Source: Eledone cirrhosa (taxonomy: Eukaryota). From it: a stretch of 64,000 nt of DNA. The notes below the pieces were generated by a model, which was given only the letters and a program-made list of their open reading frames with translations, was not told where the DNA came from and did not search any database. The stretch covers positions 102,176,001 to 102,240,000 of the forward strand of contig OZ024743.1 of assembly GCA_964016885.1 (NCBI GenBank), read 5' to 3'. Within the stretch, counting starts at the first letter, position 1. Every line of letters starts with the position of its first letter. Below are positions 1 through 11,755 of the stretch, piece by piece. A program made the translations under genes and the position numbers.

Positions 1-790
1 TATAGCTATTTCTGTTACAAAATCGTTGCGGGAGAAAAACAATATTCATAGGAAATAAAATAAACAAAAGATACATTTGCCATTGCTATTTAATACATCA
101 AAGTCCTTTTTCGTTTTTGTTCTTTTATCAGAAAAGGTATAGCGCTTTTAAAATTATTATTGTAGTAGTAGGGCCTACAAAGCACACATATACGTTGTAT
201 ATATATTTCTATTACTTGCATATTCCTTCATGTTGTGAGATTTATTAGTTAGAAAAATAAGTTATATGGCTTCTTATATTGGATAGTTAGATATTCGTGG
301 ACACAGGATTCTATGACATTTCTATAAAATTCTGCAGCTCAAATATCAGTCAACATTTTGCTCACGTAACTATCTAATGGATATCCGTCTTTTTTCGACG
401 ATCAATATTCTAGTTATTCGATCAATGGTACTGCTTTCTCATGAAATTATCGGCTAAAAGGCTGAGCTTTAGAAGGCCTCGTTTACCTTTAACACAGAGG
501 TTCAGTTTGACAAGGTTGGTCTTTGGAAATACGGGTACAGTTCATCCTACGGGATTCCAAACAGATTACGTCTATTCAAATTCACTCACAAAACGTAGGT
601 CATACCGAGTAATTGCGAAGTTAAAATAACAATTCGACCATATATCGTCCACTCATCTATCAATAAAAAACGTAGCAAAAATTTAATAAGTTTAGGATAT
701 TTTGACAGAGGTATGAGCAAAAGGAAAAGTATCATTTGTACATGGCCTATCATAAAGACTCATGCAAACGCATTAAAATCATGCATATCT

Positions 791-801
791 ACACACACAC
801 G

Positions 802-860
<59 letters not shown>

Positions 861-874
861 ACACACACACACAC
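791..874. repeat. (CA)n microsatellite
   Basis: Direct ACACAC run; source of spurious poly-HT/VC ORFs. Confidence 0.95.
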
Positions 875-1146
875 ATATATGTGTGAGCGTGTGTGTGTAT
901 ATATATACTCACCATACAAATATACAGATGCGTGGTTTAGTCTGGTGTCGTAGAGACACACATACTGATATATATGTATAGATACACACAAACAGACGCA
1001 CTCATATATTTACACACACACACATACATATCTGTCTTTTTGTATGTCTATATATGTGTATACATATATATATATATATTATTTATATTCAACAAATTTA
1101 AATGTTTATAACTGATTCAAAGCATTCGACAAGTTTTCTGGAGTAT

Positions 1147-1506
1147 AATATTCAATGATATTAAATAAATGGAAACTATATTTATAAAACCATATTTATT
1201 CTATTATATATATTTCAAGGGTACCAACATTTTCGTACGCCCTCATCAGATAAAATACAAAAGTTTGTTTTATAAATATTGACATAACCAGGAAAGAATA
1301 ATATAACGGTTCAACTTTTTCCTGGATAGGAAAACTTGAACCGTTAAGTTATTCTTTCCTGGTTATGTCAATATTTATAAAACTAACTTTTGTGTTTTAT
1401 CTGATGAGGGCGTACGAAAGTTTTGGTACCCTTGAAATATATATAACAGAATAAATATGGTTTTATAAATATAGTTTCCACTTATTTAATATCATAATAT
1501 CATTGA

Positions 1507-1510
<4 letters not shown>
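1147..1510. mobile_element. ~175-bp-arm hairpin element (inverted PLE pseudo-LTR remnant) with hammerhead-like core, between (TA)n tracts
   Basis: Arms ~1147-1323 and 1328-~1510 are reverse complements with a few mismatches around loop GGAT; CTGATGA-gggcgtac-GAAA at 1401-1419 (+) mirrored at 1231-1249 (-). Confidence 0.65.
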
Positions 1511-1592
<82 letters not shown>

Positions 1593-1594
<2 letters not shown>

Positions 1595-1785
1595 CGAAGG
1601 AAATGTGGTAAGGAACCAGATGGACCATAACGCACCAAAGTACTCAATACTTAGGGTAGTAGAGTGGGTAATAGGAACGAGTAGGACCCCGAAGGCTGAG
1701 ATCAAGCCGTTTCAACGGCTAATTCTGGACAGAATTAGCCGTCGATACGGGTTGAGCTCAGCCGTCGGGGTCCTACTCGTTCATA
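1593..1785 (-). mobile_element. Short (TA)n-flanked element with ~52-bp terminal hairpin; same family as 32077-32270
   Basis: Arms 1675-1726 / 1731-1782; the non-hairpin part is clearly similar to 32077-32160; strand is a guess. Confidence 0.65.
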
Positions 1786-1790
1786 TATAT

Positions 1791-2132
1791 ATGGTGGCTG
1801 CCAACTCGTTTTCGAGTACGGCCACTACTTTATATCCATGTAGGAGAACCCCTACCGATGCACTGAACGAATGTGACTTTAGTCCAGCCAGCGACTTGAA
1901 AACTCTGGTACAAACACTACACTTGTGACAATTATTGACACATAGTGCCCATGGTACCATGTGATGACAAGTGCAGAGAGATCTCCAGATATAAAGCAAT
2001 GCCTGTGCCGTGAAGCTTTTATAGTGAGCAAAGGCACTGGACAAAGCCAGTCCCACTCTCTTAACCAAGATGATATTTACCAAAAAGAAGAACAAGTCAA
2101 CATCATTGGATACCATCAGAGTTGCAGGTGTT
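1791..2132 (-). mobile_element. Non-autonomous RTE-related element, 5'-truncated copy
   Basis: Highly similar to 18436-18783; minus strand encodes CSVCTRVFKSLAGLKSH, resembling the C-terminal zinc finger of RTE-type ORFs; ends in (TA)n. Confidence 0.6.
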
Positions 2133-2230
2133 ATATATTTATATATGTACCTATATATATACAGGTACATATATAAAAAATAACATAAATAAAGATTGCT
2201 GATGTTATATGAATTGTTTATTTATTATAA

Positions 2231-2397
2231 TTAGTAGAGGGTCGGACGCCATGCTTTCCAGCATAGTTACGTCCCTTTACGGTCTGAGTTCAAATCCCGT
2301 CGAGGTTAACATTGCCTTTCATCCTTACGGGGTCGATAAAATAAAGTACCAGTAATGTACTGGGTAATTGCTGGCCTTGTGCCAAAAGTAGAAACAA
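2231..2397 (+). mobile_element. tRNA-derived SINE (young family, 5'-truncated)
   Basis: B-box-like GAGTTCAAATCCC, central GCCTTTCATCCTTACGGGGTCGATAAAATAAAGTACCAG, tail GTAGAAACA; ATTATAATTA direct repeat on both sides. Confidence 0.9.
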
Positions 2398-2603
2398 TTA
2401 TAATTATTTCAACTGTTAACCTATGCAATCAAGATGTGATTCATGCATTTGTTGTTATGAGAACGGTATCCTCAGATGAAAATCCGATTTAGTGATATGC
2501 TGCCGGCAGGAAAAAAACACACGTCCTTCTGCTCGTGCGTCTAGCAGACATATGGTATATATATATATATATATGTACCTATACCTATATTTCTGTCTAT
2601 GTA

Positions 2604-2668
<65 letters not shown>

Positions 2669-2694
2669 CTATCTATCTATCTATCTATCTCTCT

Positions 2695-3243
2695 TTGTGG
2701 GACCAATCCAGTTGACCACCGAGTCCATTGTCATGATCAAACCGCCACCCTCCTTCAAAAACGAAGGAGAGGCGGTTTTCCTTTGTGTGATAGCTATGGC
2801 GAAAGAGGTTGTATGGTGGACAAGGTTGAAAGGGACAGACACCTTTCTCTCCGGCCAACAACTGATTCTTTTTTTCAAATACCACTTTGGAAGAAGAATC
2901 AGGATGGAGAGAGAGGTGCTGTACCCCAGCAAGTTTTATGAAAGGTGGGTGAAAGTGGCGAGAATGGCCCGAGTGAATGGGCCTTCTCTCTATATCAGCC
3001 TGTAGGTTGAGGAAAAGGAGGAGGAGAGGAAAGGAGTACAAGCTCTTCGTACTCCTGGAGATGAGGGTTGCACATTTTTTTTCGGGGGTATGTGTTACCC
3101 ATATAAACCGTCTCCCTCTATTGGGGAAAATCGACTAACTTTTAAATTCCATCTGTGATAACATTTTACACGTTTTTATTGTATGTAAACTCCCCCCTTT
3201 GTATTTGTCCCCTTCTTTTGTGCCCCTGTGGCTAATAAAGAAA
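2695..3243 (+). mobile_element. 5'-truncated Tx1/L1-like LINE 3' end
   Basis: Encodes ORF2 C-terminus (…KEVVWWTR…GPSLYISL*) homologous to 7780-8079; ends GTGGCTAATAAAGAAA; (TCTA)n upstream and ATCT-like sequence downstream. Confidence 0.9.
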
Positions 3244-3611
3244 TATATCTATCTCTCTTTCTGTCTGACGTGTGAAACAACGCTGGTAAGTTTTTTGTTA
3301 ATTTCTATGCAAAAAACCGATCTAATTGTTTGAAAAAAATACAACACTTTGTAGATTAACCCCCCAAGCTGAATTGTCAGCTGGGTGGTAATCCCATTTT
3401 TCGCCCCTGTAGGGGCGAAAATTTTATTTTAAAAATTTGCTTTAAAATATCAGATTTTACAAAGTAAAAAACTTGAGCAACACTAGAACGCTGGAGAACG
3501 TTAATAGAGAAAAGAGAGAGAAAGAGGCAGATATTAACGTTATATCTGCTTCTACTACTATGGACGTTGCCATAGATACAACTGTCACAAAAGAAAAAAA
3601 TATATTAACAT

Positions 3612-4934
3612 TTGAAAATTTTACAATTTCTACCGCCGAAGCGGAGAAAAATGACAATAACACACAGGAAAACAGCAAAAAAACCCATTGACATACATAC
3701 ACATGAAAAAGACATCAACAACTCTACAGATACATCTACACATAAAGTTTCCAACAACGATAACATCATCATCAACAACAACACCACACAAAAAAAGAAA
3801 ATGTCTTTCGCTGACACAGTGAACAAGAAACACGATTTTATAAATCTTGATATCTCCAACGCAAGAGATATGCTCCAGCAAGGGAGAAAATTTGTAACTT
3901 TCGAAGAAAGAGGTGGGTTTAGAATTAACTCACCCCTTGAAATAAAGGAAGACACAAACCGCCGATCAGTCACTTTTAGGACTGTGTCAAATTCGTCAAT
4001 AAAGCCAACATTTGTTAATCAAGCAGATATAGAAGATTCTTTCAAGGAAATTCTAGCAAATGTCGATTTTCTTCAGCGAGGAAAACAGTGCGGAAGTGTT
4101 TCCGTACTGTTTAAAAGCGAGGCACTCGCCCCAAAAAACTCTGTGACACCAATAGTGTCAAAAGCATACACCTTTTTCCCTACATACATGGGGAAAAGGA
4201 CACAAAAAATAAAAATAAAAAACATACCTCCAAGCATTAACATCTGGTGGATCTTGGCTGGCTTCGTAGAGCCAGAAACAGACATAATACTTTCGATACG
4301 AAAATCTATTCGACAAAGGTGGGCGGGCACCGATTTGGAGATTCTGTTGCAAATGAAACCGGAGAGAATCTCCAAAATACCCGAAAGAGTCGTTATTGAT
4401 AATAACAACAAAATAAACATTTCGGTAGAAGGACGAAAATGTCATTGCTTTCGCTGTGGTAGCACATCTCACCTAAAAGCCTCTTGTCCACAAACACACA
4501 ACAGCAACATCATAAAAAAAAACGCTATTACCAACACCAACACCAAAACAACCACCACCACCACAAGTACAGCGACAGACGAAACGAGCAACCACACCAA
4601 AACAAACAGACACTCAACCAACAACAACAGAAAAAACAGAGACAACACCCCTGAAGAACACACCCCACTCCATCCCACTCCATCAAACACTACCACAAAC
4701 ACACATACCGAAACACCACCACCACCACACAACATACCCTTACCCCACACACATGACGATGATTATTCATCGACGGATGAAGCTGCTTCTCCTTCTTTAA
4801 GTGAAGAAGAGGGAGAACCGCGGAAATCTAAAAAACAAAAAAAGAGACACCACAAAACGCCCAAAACCCACCAAATAAAATTTTCACAGGACGTTGCAAC
4901 CCCTGCCACAAACTCATCAACCGCGTCCTGTTGA
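3612..4934 (+). CDS. LINE ORF1 nucleic-acid-binding protein
   Basis: 440-aa ORF with CFRCGSTSHLKASC zinc knuckle preceded by VEGR (also in the 58689-60143 ORF1); true start probably upstream in the 3473-3691 frame. Confidence 0.75.
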   Translation: MKILQFLPPKRRKMTITHRKTAKKPIDIHTHEKDINNSTDTSTHKVSNNDNIIINNNTTQKKKMSFADTVNKKHDFINLDISNARDMLQQGRKFVTFEERGGFRINSPLEIKEDTNRRSVTFRTVSNSSIKPTFVNQADIEDSFKEILANVDFLQRGKQCGSVSVLFKSEALAPKNSVTPIVSKAYTFFPTYMGKRTQKIKIKNIPPSINIWWILAGFVEPETDIILSIRKSIRQRWAGTDLEILLQMKPERISKIPERVVIDNNNKINISVEGRKCHCFRCGSTSHLKASCPQTHNSNIIKKNAITNTNTKTTTTTTSTATDETSNHTKTNRHSTNNNRKNRDNTPEEHTPLHPTPSNTTTNTHTETPPPPHNIPLPHTHDDDYSSTDEAASPSLSEEEGEPRKSKKQKKRHHKTPKTHQIKFSQDVATPATNSSTASC

Positions 4935-5058
4935 AAGGTTTCCCCACCCCACCCAACACCCCATCCAGCACCCAAATGGAGATTGAACAACCCGATCTCC
5001 AGGAAACGAAAAGGTAAGTGCACCTTTCGTCCTTTTTCTCCAACTTTTCTTCACCAAC

Positions 5059-8000
5059 ATGGCTGGTTTACGAGTTGGAACCGTGAATGTGCGTGGCCTA
5101 GGGATGCCCTGGAAACAGGGTCACACAGTATGGATATGATAGCCATCACCGAGTGCAGGATCCACAACAGGCAGCAACTAACCCCATCTTCGACGACTTT
5201 GAGATCTACACATCTCTCTGTCAGCCAGGAGGTGGAGGTGGAGTGGCTGTTATGTTTCGGAAGAACCTGGACGTCGGAGTACAGCAAGTACACTTGGACC
5301 CGGTGGGTAGACTGGTAGTCCTAGACGTGAACAGTATCGGAGGTGGAGCCTTCAGACTGGTGGCCGTTTATGCCCGGACCGGGCAATCGCAATCACGGCC
5401 AGACTTCTTTAAGCGTCTAGACTCTTTTCTGGGAACGTCTCGCTCCTTACTTTTAGTGGGGGACTGGAATGGTATCCTAGATGCACGATGGGACTATGTG
5501 GGAGCATACCCCAGTAGAGCGGGGTGCAACAGCCTCAAAACTTTAATCGGCCAATTCCAACTGGCCGATAGGTATCGACTGGATTTCCCGACTGCACCAC
5601 AGTGGACGTGGGTAAACCGCAGTGGGACATCTAGATCGTATTTAGATAGGTTCTTCATTAGAGAAAGGGACAAGGAGATGTTAAGCTGTCCACGAATGCA
5701 CATGGTTGCCTATTCAGATCACAAGTTAGTCGTCTGCTTAGTCAACCGTGATAGAATACATAGACAGGGTCCCGGATACTGGAAGCTGAACGTGTCGTTG
5801 CCGACACGTAAAGCTTACAGTGAACGGATAAGTAGACTAGTCAAGCAACAGTTAACGGGAGCCATCGTCAACAATAGATGGTGGTACTCTCTCAAGAAAG
5901 CAATTAGAATAGAATCGATAGGGTATAGCAGAGAGTTATCGTTAGAGAAAAACAGAATAGAAAGAGAACTAGTAGCCAAGGTAGGGGAGGCACTTAGAAG
6001 TGGCAACGCGGCTAGAGTGTTAGCGTCGAGAACGGCACTGGACCAGTTCTTCGATGCGAAACACGACGGCTGCGTGGTCACAAGCAAAACACGTGCTCTA
6101 GGAAACGAAGGAGCGAAAGCTGTCAGCTGGGCCCGAGTGGCGGAGGCAAAAAGTGGCAACAAGTCCACGATTCGGTCTTTGAAAGACCAAAACAGACGCG
6201 TGATACTTGACCCCAAGCAAATGTGCGCGGCCTTTCAGCGGCACTTTGCGCGACTGTTTGAGCAGAACGACGGTGATCCGAACGGGGCAATGGACTTTAG
6301 TTCATACCTCGACGGCCTGCCGCGTCTCTCGAACACAGACGCCGAGTTCTGCGAAAGACCGATCAAGGACACTGAGATACGGGACGCTCTGGGCCGCTGC
6401 GGGAAACGCAAGTCACCCGATCTAGATGGTCTACCCTACGAATTTTACATAGGCATGCCGGACTTGTTCTCTGGCGTCCTCGAAGCCGTCTACTGCAATT
6501 GGCAACAGAACGGGAGAATTCCCAGTTCTGCAGGCAAGGGCGTAGTAACGCTGATCAGGAAAGACGAGAACAAGGGGGACGAAATTAACAACTTCAGGCC
6601 CATAACTCTGATCAACACAGAGTTAAAGATTTTGGCCAAGTTAAAGATTTTGGCAAAGTTAAAGATTTGGGACTGCGCAAAGCGGCGTCGGCTTATGCCG
6701 ACGACGTAGCGGTAATGGTGTCGAGCACCTCGGAAATCGGGGTGATCGGCAACATACTGAAAGAATACGAAACGCTGACGGGAGCAAAACTAAACCCAGA
6801 CAAGTCTGTCGGTTTGCAACTCGGTACGTGGAGAGGCAAACCGATGACATCCGACAGCGTCGTTGGACGCTGGACGGACGGACCGGTGAAATTGCTCGGG
6901 GTCTGGTTCGGTCGAGACCTCCAGGTGGAGAAAAACTGGAACGAGGTCACGGCCAAGGTGTTTGCACTCACTCAGAAGTGGGCAGAGTGCAAACTGTCCT
7001 TAAAAGGTCGAGCGTAGGTGGCGAACACTTTCATAGCGTCCGTCATCTACTACCGCTTGACTGTCGTGCCTTGTCCCCGTGAACATCTCGCCAAGATGGA
7101 ACGCATGCTCTTCCAGTTTCTGTGGAAGAAGCAGGCTCCGCTGGTGAGGAGATCCGTCTGCTGTCAGCACCCTTCGAACGGAGGGCTGGGTATGCTGTGG
7201 CTGATGATGCGCAAACATACGCTGAGGCTGCGGCATCTCCAGGTATTCCTCACCGACCCCCAACCGGTGTGGGCACCGTTTGTGAGACAGGCTTTCCCAC
7301 AGCTCGTCTCGCTAACGGAGCTGCAGTGCTGCGTGAAGAAAAGACCGAAAACGATGGGCGCCTGGCACATTGAATGCGCTCAGGCGCTCACAGTCCTCTG
7401 GCAAGCGGGCGCAGCAATCAGTGGAGACTCCACTTCGACATTCTATAGAGGGATTGTACGTTACAAGGGCAACGACGTGCTCGGAGAGACTCTGGGCGTC
7501 GAAGACGATGAGCTCACCAGTCTGTTTTGTAGGACTTTCCACCCGGGACCTATGGACAACTTCCAGAGGTCCCTGGCCTGGCAGTCCTACCGAGGAGCTC
7601 CACCGGTTCGTGACAAGATCTACAGGCATGGACGCCCTGGCAGGGATCCTTCCAAGAGGACGTGTCCAAGATGTGCGCAGGACATTGAAACAGTTCTGCA
7701 CGCAATTGTACACTGCCCGGGCGTAAGCGACCTGTGGAACTATGCAGAACAACTGCTGTCGCGTATGGCACAAATACAGTTGACTGCCGAGTCCATAGTA
7801 AGGATCAAACCGCCAGACTCTTTCAAAAACGAAAGAGAGACGGTTTTCCTCTGTACGGTGGCTATGGTGAAAGAAGTTATATGGTGGACGAGGTTGAGAG
7901 GACTGAGGACAGATGCCTTTCTCTCCGGACAACAATTGATTCCCTTCTTTAAGTATCACTTTAGAAGGAGAATCAGGGTGGAGAGAGAGGCACTGCACCC

Positions 8001-8079
8001 CAGTAAATTTACTGAAAGGTGGGTGAATGAAGCGAAAATGGCCCGAGTGATTGGGCCTTCTCTGTTTATAAGCCTGTAG
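5059..8079 (+). pseudogene. LINE ORF2 (APE endonuclease-RT), frameshifted, with internal RT deletion and premature stop
   Basis: MAGLRVGTVNVRGL, GDWN, SYLDR, SDHK, GPGYWKLN, FRPITLIN, then jumps straight to AYADD; CPRC…HAIVHC; stop at 7015-7017. Confidence 0.9.
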
Positions 8080-8649
8080 GTTGAGGAAGAGAGCAAAAGG
8101 AAGAAAGGAGCACTTGCACAACACGCTCCTCGAGTTGAGGGTTGTTCTCTCGACGGGGTATTAAACAACCCATTTGTGACGCCTCCCCCCTATTGGTGAT
8201 TTCGATTGTTGAAATTGTTTGTTTTTATATTTTTTACACGACTGTATGTAAAATCCCCGGCATGTCTTTGTATTGTCCCCTTTCTTGTTGCGCCCTTGTG
8301 GCTAATAAAGAAATCTATCTATCTATCTGCATGTATGTATGTGTGTATGTATGTATATATGAAAGGCGGCGAATTGACAGAGTCATTAGATCGTCAAATA
8401 GAATGCATTGTGGTATTCGTTTGAGGTCTCTTTTCTTTTACTTCAAATCCCACCGTCGCAGATAAAAATAGAACCAGTCTACTACTGCAGTCTATTCTTC
8501 CTCTGTATCGATTTCTCCCCACCCCCTCTCTCTCTCCCTATCTCTCATCTGGAAGAAACTGAAAAAAGTTCCATAGCGACGCCATATATACATATATACA
8601 TATATACATATATACATATATCCATAAATACATATATACATATATGATG

Positions 8650-8699
<50 letters not shown>

Positions 8700-8702
<3 letters not shown>

Positions 8703-8770
8703 ACAAGGGCGGTGCCCCAGCATGGCCTCAGTCGGATGGCTGGAACAAGCAAATGAAGTAAAAGAGGATA
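8700..8770 (+). mobile_element. SINE 3' tail fragment
   Basis: CAAGGGCGGTGCCCCAGCATGGCC…GAACAAG matches my recollection of octopus SINE tails; not verified. Confidence 0.5.
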
Positions 8771-8788
8771 TATACATATATGATGATT

Positions 8789-8843
<55 letters not shown>

Positions 8844-9599
8844 TTTATATATATAGACAAACATCTGTTTCAGTTAAAAATCAAAACAAACACTAAACGT
8901 TGTACTAATAGCGTTACCTATATGTCAATTCTAATTAAATGTAGCTGATGAAGTACTGTTATCGCAAAGTAATTGCATGATTGTGGAGAACTCATATAGT
9001 AAACATCAATTGCCAATATATTTCATGCAAACCGATATTGACTGTTTATAGCGTTGTTTGTATATGAAACAGCAAACAAATGAAACGTCACAAAGTATAA
9101 TAAATCTATGGTATATTATTTTACCTATTCGATTTCTGAACCATTACTGATTAGGAGATGATATTTAATCGTATGGCTAAAGCAACACGATCAGGTGAAT
9201 CAGCTGCTAACAAGTTTGTAATGATTCAGGGTTTTTAATATTTTATGGTTATTCGTTCTCTGTTTATTTATGGTTGTGAAACATATCATTTTGTGGAAAT
9301 ATATCTTATTTGTGTCATTCGTTGATTGAACAACGGCGATTCTATATCAAATGTACAGACACGCACACGTACACATAATCACATATGCGAAAACATATAA
9401 GTCACCACTAATGTGTATTGTTTATATGAACCCGTAATATCTGATTTATCATAGTGTCACAGCAATGACATGCAGCATGCCTTGAGCGTGTTAAACCTCA
9501 CGGCACCCAACCCTCTCAATGTCTGAGCACAGAAGATTTCTTCTAGAGAAGGAGAGAGTGATAGAGAGATTCAGAACGAGAAAGAGATATAGAGGATGA

Positions 9600-9725
9600 T
9601 TAGACCCCAGTACTGCACTTACTTCTTTTATCAACCTCGAAAGGATGAAAGGCGAAGTTGACTTCGGTGGAATCTGAACTCAAAGCATTCTATCCGCCGT
9701 TCTAACGAATCTGCCAATTTGCTGC
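9600..9725 (-). mobile_element. Old SINE copy
   Basis: Reverse complement of the SINE central domain (GGATGAAAGGC…GAACTC). Confidence 0.7.
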
Positions 9726-10719
9726 TTATCCACATATATACATACACAATCATACACATACATGTTGATGCATACATAAGCGTAACTCTTTTTGATCTCT
9801 GAATCATCTCTTAGATTTGGTAATTGTAATCCATATCTATAACTAACAAATATAATTTCATGTAAAGTTATCATCTCGCTTCATAAGTAAAACTGTAATA
9901 TACGATCTCTGTAATGGAATACTAAATCATATTTTAGCGTAACATGATAAACAACCTAGAAGATTATATAATATTTCTAGGTATTTGAATGTTAAATTTA
10001 TTCCCTTATGATTCTATAGATCATTGGTTAATATCTCCATCAGTTTTGGTGTAGTAAAAATAATATATAAGCCATGACATGAAAACGCCTTTTTTTTACT
10101 TTCATTTCATAATTCAATATCTATATTTAGAAATTCGACGAAGATATTTGAGAGAAAATATTTATAAGATATAAAAAAGTTATAAGTTTCGCATAATGTT
10201 ATTGCACATTAATATAATATACATAAAGATAAATGTTTCAGCTCAGATATTTTTCTATAAATGTTACATATATTTTGTAAGGGAAATTATAAAATATCTA
10301 AATATCAGAGCAATATTTCATATTCTAATATTATTGATTTGCGTTTAATACATTACCAGAAAGATAATGCTTCGATGAATATACTGAAGCTTACCCCAGT
10401 TTTTAAGAAGTTGACTTTTCTTGACTTAACACGAGCTGTTAAATTTGAGAAAACTGTGTCCCACAACAGTAGCATTAATTTAGGTTCAAGCCTTGACTTT
10501 CATTCAAAAATCAAGTCAGAAAATATTAGCATTAATATATGGAGATCCATTGTATCATTTATGTCCCTCTTGTTTTGAAGTGGCAGCTTTCTATTGAACT
10601 TTTTAAGGAGGTATAGAAAATGATATATATACAGCTGAGATTAGGCGAACAGTGGAGATTAAAGGCGAGGAAATAGCTCAGATCTACTCCTTACAAATCC
10701 TTAAAAATCAAAGTTTATA

Positions 10720-10995
10720 TTCTTCCTCAAACTGGGTCACTCATCAAGTAGGAGCTTGTTACAGTTTCATTGGTGTTAAGCAACTAAAGATACAAGTGTT
10801 TCTCACGGCCAGGACGACATCCCATTACATGGTTAAGCTCCAGCTGTAGCTGCTACTCATTTTCAACCGTGTCTATCAGAGAAATGTGAAATGAAATGTT
10901 TTCTTCAGGGGATAAAAGGCACCACCCAGTCCAGAAATCGAACCTTCAGTATTACTATCGTAGGTCCAACACGCTAACCACTTAGCCATGTACTT
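10720..10995 (-). mobile_element. Old tRNA-derived SINE of a second family (related remnant at ~36110-36225)
   Basis: Minus strand TGGCTAAGTGGTTAGCGTGTTGG (A box) and GGTTCGATTTC (B box). Confidence 0.55.
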
Positions 10996-11481
10996 TCCTT
11001 ACCACCTGTTGCACCACGTATTAGAGATAAAGCTAGAAAGCAAGTAGTCAAAGCTATTATTGCTTGTAATAGCGATTTGATAACAAATACAAATGCACTA
11101 AGTACACTCATTAAGACTTAATACGTGATATATAAGTAAGAAATAACACTATTCTATCCTTTTACTATAAACGACGAGATACAGTACATGAAATCTAATT
11201 AATCGTTCATTTAGTCATGTAAGTCGTTACTGATAATATATTTAAATGGAAAGCAAATAGCATGTGGAATTACACAAATTACTATTAATTAATTGGGTAG
11301 GTAACTAATTGGTGTTTTGCTTGTATCGATGCATTCATATTGGTAACATTCCAACAATAATATATCGATATTAACGATTTCCTATAGTGTTTAAACTTTG
11401 CTGCGGTTCAATGTGAAAGTGTATTTTCTAACGAAACATTACTGTTTATACGGACGTTTACAGGTAGCACTGTAAATTATT

Positions 11482-11482
<1 letters not shown>

Positions 11483-11561
<79 letters not shown>
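11483..11561. repeat. (GT)n microsatellite
   Basis: Direct repeat run. Confidence 0.95.
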
Positions 11562-11562
<1 letters not shown>

Positions 11563-11684
11563 CACAGATCACTCTTTTGAGGTTTTGTAATGTAAATAGA
11601 TCAAAGGCAGCGAACTGGCAGAATCATTACAGCGTCGGATAGAATATTTTGCGATATTCGTTCCGATTCTCTGCATTCCAACTC

Positions 11685-11755
11685 TCTTCTTCTTCTTCTT
11701 CTTCTTCTTCTTCTTCTTCTTCTTCTTCTTCTTCTTCTTCTTCTTCTTCTTCTTC
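11685..11755. repeat. (CTT)n microsatellite
   Basis: Direct repeat run; source of spurious poly-K/poly-S ORFs. Confidence 0.95.

Larger units (their letters stand above)
3265..8312 (+). mobile_element. Near full-length Tx1/L1-like non-LTR retrotransposon (defective) in (TCTA)n
   Basis: 5'UTR, ORF1 with CCHC knuckle, ORF2 with APE endonuclease, RT and C-terminal Cys motif; 3' GTGGCTAATAAAGAAA followed by (TCTA)n. Confidence 0.9.

Noticed and set aside
736-991. ORFs of poly-HT/VC/YI/LS/K/I throughout the window
   Set aside because: Translations of (CA)n, (TA)n, (TCTA)n, (CTT)n and (AAT)n microsatellites
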